The notes under the pieces are model-generated. The model saw nothing but the letters and a program-made list of their open reading frames with translations. It was not told where the DNA came from and made no database searches. This document shows, piece by piece, positions 61,020-64,000 of a stretch of 64,000 nucleotides of DNA; position 1 is the first letter of the stretch; each line of letters begins with the position of its first letter. Location of the stretch: NCBI GenBank assembly GCA_963797855.1, contig CAWCQX010000008.1, positions 34,648 to 98,647 on the forward strand, given 5' to 3'. The position numbers and the translations under genes were made by a program. The stretch is from an uncultured Chloroflexia bacterium. GTDB taxonomy: Bacteria; Chloroflexota; Limnocylindria; QHBO01.

Positions 61020-62780
61020 ATGGCCGGCATTGGCTTGATCATCGTGGCCATTGCCGACAATCAGTCCGCAACGGAAGGATTCCATCCGAACGCGTTGTTC
61101 TGGGCCGGGACACTCTTGATCTTCGTCCCACCTGCCGTCCGCATCCTGATGGCTAGGACGCGCCCGTCGGAGACGATCGCCCTGCTCGTCACACTGACGC
61201 TGGCCCTGTACGCCGTCAAGATTCTCCACAGCCCGACGCAATTCGCGCTGCACGACGAGTTCCTGCACTGGCGCACGACCGACGACATTCTGCAGACCGG
61301 TCGCCTCTTCAGCGATAACCCGCTCCTGCCGACGAGCGCCCGCTACCCGGCCCTGGAAGCGGCTACGGCCTTCTTGGCGGATCTCGGCGGCGTGGACATC
61401 TTCCTTGCCGGCGTTGTCACAATCGGGGTCGCGCGGGTCGCATTCGTGGTGACGCTCTATTTCCTTCTGGCCACGGCTTCCGGGTCACGAAGGCTCGGCG
61501 CCGCGGGCGCGATCGTCTACGTCGCCAATCCCAACTTCTTGTTCTTCAACGCAGCGTTCAACTACGAGGCGATTGCGCTCGCCTTCGCGGTGGCATGCCT
61601 CTACTTCGCTCAGGAATACACCCGTGCCAGTCCGAAATACAGACGTAGCCTGTGGGTTGCGGCCGCGGTCGCCGGAGGGGCCACGGCGGTTTCGCACCAT
61701 CTGACCGCCATCGCCCTGACCGGCCTACTGTTCATCTGGTCCGCGGTTGCCACGTGGATGCATCGAAGAGGCGCGACGCCACAGCTGCCCGCCCCGTGGG
61801 CGCTCACGGCGGTGGTGGGCACGATGGCGATCGGCTGGCTCCTGCTGGCAGCTCCCGTGACGGTCGCCTATCTGGCACCGGTCTTCGGAGGCGCGGTCGG
61901 CGAGGGATTCGCCCTGGTCGCCCGGCTCCTGGGAGTCAGCAATGCAACTCCGAGCGCCCGCGAGCTGTTCGGCGGCAGCCAGGCAGGAGGACCGCCGCCG
62001 TGGGAGCGGGTGGTGGCAATTGCGGCGGTTGGGATCGCCATCCTGTCAAGCGTCTGGGGAGCGTGGGCGCTCATCCGTCGCAGGATCCGCAGCCCGCTGA
62101 TGTGGGCGCTCCTCGCCGCCGTTCCCGTCTATCCCGCGACGCTCGTCCTCCGACTCACGCCTCGCGGATGGGAAACGGCGAATCGGTCATCCGAATTCCT
62201 ATTCGTTGGGCTTGCGGTCCCCATCGCGTTCGCATTGATCGTGATCGCGAAAAAAGTGCGCCGCAGACTCGGCGTCGCGCTCGCCGTGAGTGCTGCCACG
62301 GCCCTGCTTGTGGGTGGGGTCGTGGCCGGGTGGAGCATCGACGACCGCCTGCCAGGGCCGTATCGCTGCTGCTCTCCGCCGCGTGGCGTAAACGCCGAGT
62401 CGCTGTCCATGGCCCTGTGGATGCGCGATACCTTGCCTTGGTTCTCGCACGTCGGCGCCGATCCGTTGGACCATCTCATGATCGGCTCGTATGGACGACA
62501 GGAGGCAACCACCACTCTCAGCGGCGGCATCGATCCGAACTGGGTGATCTTCGCGCGCACGTTCGATGATCAGGTTCGCGCCGATCTGACTGCCGGCAAG
62601 GTGCGATACATCGTGGTGGACGATCGAGTCGCGACGGACCCGGATGCGTTCGACGAGTACATCGGCGACTGGACGATCGCCGAAGCCCTCGCGAAGTTCG
62701 AGGATTCTGATCTCCCTACTGTCTACGACAACGGGCACATCCGCGTGTACGACGTGTCCGGGCTTTGGGTAGAGCCATGA
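61020..62780 (+). CDS. large polytopic membrane protein, GT-C-fold glycosyltransferase-like (PMT/ArnT style)
   Basis: From ATG 61020 MAGIGLIIVAIADN..., more than 10 hydrophobic helices. First-loop acidic motif FALHDEFLHWRTTDD resembles the GT-C DE motif. Soluble C-terminal domain VRYIVVDDRVATDPDAFDEYIG...HIRVYDVSGLW. Intact; lower GC. Confidence 0.55.
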   Translation: MAGIGLIIVAIADNQSATEGFHPNALFWAGTLLIFVPPAVRILMARTRPSETIALLVTLTLALYAVKILHSPTQFALHDEFLHWRTTDDILQTGRLFSDNPLLPTSARYPALEAATAFLADLGGVDIFLAGVVTIGVARVAFVVTLYFLLATASGSRRLGAAGAIVYVANPNFLFFNAAFNYEAIALAFAVACLYFAQEYTRASPKYRRSLWVAAAVAGGATAVSHHLTAIALTGLLFIWSAVATWMHRRGATPQLPAPWALTAVVGTMAIGWLLLAAPVTVAYLAPVFGGAVGEGFALVARLLGVSNATPSARELFGGSQAGGPPPWERVVAIAAVGIAILSSVWGAWALIRRRIRSPLMWALLAAVPVYPATLVLRLTPRGWETANRSSEFLFVGLAVPIAFALIVIAKKVRRRLGVALAVSAATALLVGGVVAGWSIDDRLPGPYRCCSPPRGVNAESLSMALWMRDTLPWFSHVGADPLDHLMIGSYGRQEATTTLSGGIDPNWVIFARTFDDQVRADLTAGKVRYIVVDDRVATDPDAFDEYIGDWTIAEALAKFEDSDLPTVYDNGHIRVYDVSGLWVEP

Positions 62781-62856
62781 GCCGAACGACAAGCCAAACG
62801 CCGGGGTGGTCGCGGATCACCGTCTCGGCCTCCAGCCCGGGAAGGATCTGGCGCCC

Positions 62857-63335
62857 GTGAACGAGGGGACCCTGCGCACCGACTGGCTCTGCCTGTTCAC
62901 GCCGACAACGTGGCAGGAGTTCTTGGCGGCAAGGGCGACAGTGTCTGCCTTCCGATTGGCCCGCTCTCGCACCGTCCACCAGATGCGGCCGGGTGACTAC
63001 CTGCTGTGCTACCTCACCGGCGTTTCGCGCTTCGTTGGGGCATTGGAGGTCACCGGGGAGCCCTCGACGATGCGACGCCGATCTTGGAGGACGACGCGTT
63101 TCCCTGCCGGGTACCGGTTCGTGTCGTGTCACAACTGACTCCGGAAACGGCGATCCCGGTGAAGGGACTGCGCGACAGACTGAGCATGTTCCGGGAAATG
63201 AAGGGCCCGAACGCCTGGACGGGACCATTCCGCCGCTCACCAACCAGGTGGCAACAAGCCGACGGTCAAGTCGTTGTGGAGGCGATCCGCCGCGTCGAGA
63301 CCAGCCACGTTCCACGTGAGTCGATCCCCGATTAG
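62857..63335 (+). CDS. EVE/PUA-like (ASCH-superfamily style) small protein, 1 frame break (~63065)
   Basis: GGAAGGA SD, GTG 62857: VNEGTLRTDWLCLFTPTTWQEFLAARATVSAFRLARSRTVHQMRPGDYLLCYLTGVSRFVGALEVTGEPS | DDATPILEDDAFPCRVPVRVVSQLTPETAIPVKGLRDRLSMF...RRSPTRWQQADGQVVVEAI...*. The pattern W..f..GD.ll.Y...fvG..eV resembles EVE domains. Confidence 0.4.
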
Positions 63336-63601
63336 ACGAGCACGACCGCGGCAACGGCGGCCACCCTAGTCGTCCAGGCGACCGCGCACACTGGGGCCCA
63401 GGCGCCGTCGCTCCACCTCGAGAAGGTGCGAGAGCGACCGACTAGTGGACCGGTGGTCAGGTTCGGTCGCCCCCCGACCACGACCCGCAACACTTGGGAT
63501 ATCCGCGATTGGTCACTTGCGCAATCAACGCATACATCGTCGAACACTTCGGCGCCAGGCTCGTCACGATGGATCAACTTCATCCACTGAACGCACGAAG
63601 C

Positions 63602-64000
63602 GTGAATGCCCGCTCGCCAGCGGCCATTAACGAGCCAAGCGCGGGCGCAGCTGTGCGGGAGACCGCGGTGCCGGCCGCGCGTCGCGCGTGGGTCGGAGCA
63701 ATCCCCATCCTGGCCATCGGCATCGGGGCGACGATGGTCGTTCTGGCGGGAGCGTGGCTGCCCGCGCCACTGCGGGTCGCTGCGACCCTGGTCCTCGCGC
63801 TAACGCTCGGCTTCGCCGTCAGCATCGCGCTCGTGCCACAGTCGATGCGGCTAGGAGCCCGATTCGTGCTCACGATTGCGGTGTCGCTGGGCGTTCCGGC
63901 GGCCATCGAGCTCCTGCTTACGCTGGGAGGAGTGCCGATCGAACGGACGTCCTTGGCAGTCATAGCCTTGGTGATCGTGATACTCGCGGTGCTCGTCGGT
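63602..64000 (+). CDS. membrane protein, 5' part only (continues beyond the window)
   Basis: GTG 63602: VNARSPAAINEPSAGAAVRETAVPAARRAWVGAIPILAIGIGATMVVLAGAWLPAPLRVAATLVLALTLGFAVSIALVPQSMRLGARFVLTIAVSLGVPAAIELLLTLGGVPIERTSLAVIALVIVILAVLVG. Open to the window end. Confidence 0.4.
   Translation, partial: MNARSPAAINEPSAGAAVRETAVPAARRAWVGAIPILAIGIGATMVVLAGAWLPAPLRVAATLVLALTLGFAVSIALVPQSMRLGARFVLTIAVSLGVPAAIELLLTLGGVPIERTSLAVIALVIVILAVLVG

Noticed and set aside
63332-63583. 83-aa minus-strand ORF (MKLIHRDEPGAEVFDDVCVDC...)
   Set aside because: No recognisable family, no ribosome-binding site, and a tail that looks like shadow sequence. The 63336-63601 interval is left as unassigned.

Overview
Very GC-rich bacterial chromosomal segment. 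Gene content and signals suggest an Actinomycetota-like or Chloroflexota-like organism: F420-type LLM oxidoreductases, an ImuA'-ImuB SOS cassette behind a GAAC-N4-GTTC LexA box, CCA-encoding tRNAs, TANNNT boxes 6-10 nt from start codons (leaderless mRNAs), and many 1-8 nt stop/start overlaps. I resolve about 70 protein genes and two tRNA-Ala genes. Layout: (1) 1-6.7 kb, minus strand: GNAT, MFS, LLM, RibD_C, PRC-barrel, DUF6504-like, imuB, LLM, imuA'. (2) 6.7-13.3 kb: tRNA-Ala(CGC), cax, SRPBCC, SDR, methyltransferase, Rrf2, NitT/TauT-type ABC importer. (3) 13.5-20.1 kb: tRNA-Ala(GGC), GNAT, leuS, comEA, comEC. (4) 20.1-26.1 kb: a zinc-ribbon/cyclase/STAND-ATPase/TPR giant and a lower-GC DUF11-like secreted protein wedged in front of HD(yqeK-like)-holA. 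(5) 26.1-35.8 kb, minus strand: rsfS, nadD, obg, M23 peptidase, a structured leader, amidase, rho, an unknown protein, pyrG. (6) 36-47 kb: UbiA, psuG-psuK, agmatinase, two paralogous membrane beta-sandwich proteins, and a MoaD-MoaE/membrane/Rieske/ALDH operon. (7) 47-58 kb: DMT, carotenoid-synthesis-like protein, MFS, M20 peptidase, fabD-fabF-fabF, NUDIX, cysS. (8) 58.2-64 kb: a visibly lower-GC envelope-glycan style block (LuxR, zinc-ribbon TM protein, GH16, GT-C-like membrane protein, EVE/PUA-like protein). Most long ORFs in the six-frame track are GC-driven shadow ORFs. The dominant technical feature is that conserved genes need well over fifty frame changes by my manual count (about ten in leuS alone), several at short G/C homopolymers. 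I read these as assembly indels rather than pseudogenes, and the coordinates given are for the reconstructed genes. I saw no rRNA, CRISPR array, transposase, integrase or prophage module. Nothing here is a demonstrated novel system. The best follow-up candidates are the LexA-boxed imuA'-LLM-imuB-DUF6504 operon, the NLR-like cyclase-STAND-TPR protein inserted between comEC and holA, a probable c-di-AMP (ydaO-type) leader in front of an M23 peptidase, the tandem zinc-ribbon/beta-sandwich membrane paralogs, and the low-GC glycan block at the right end.
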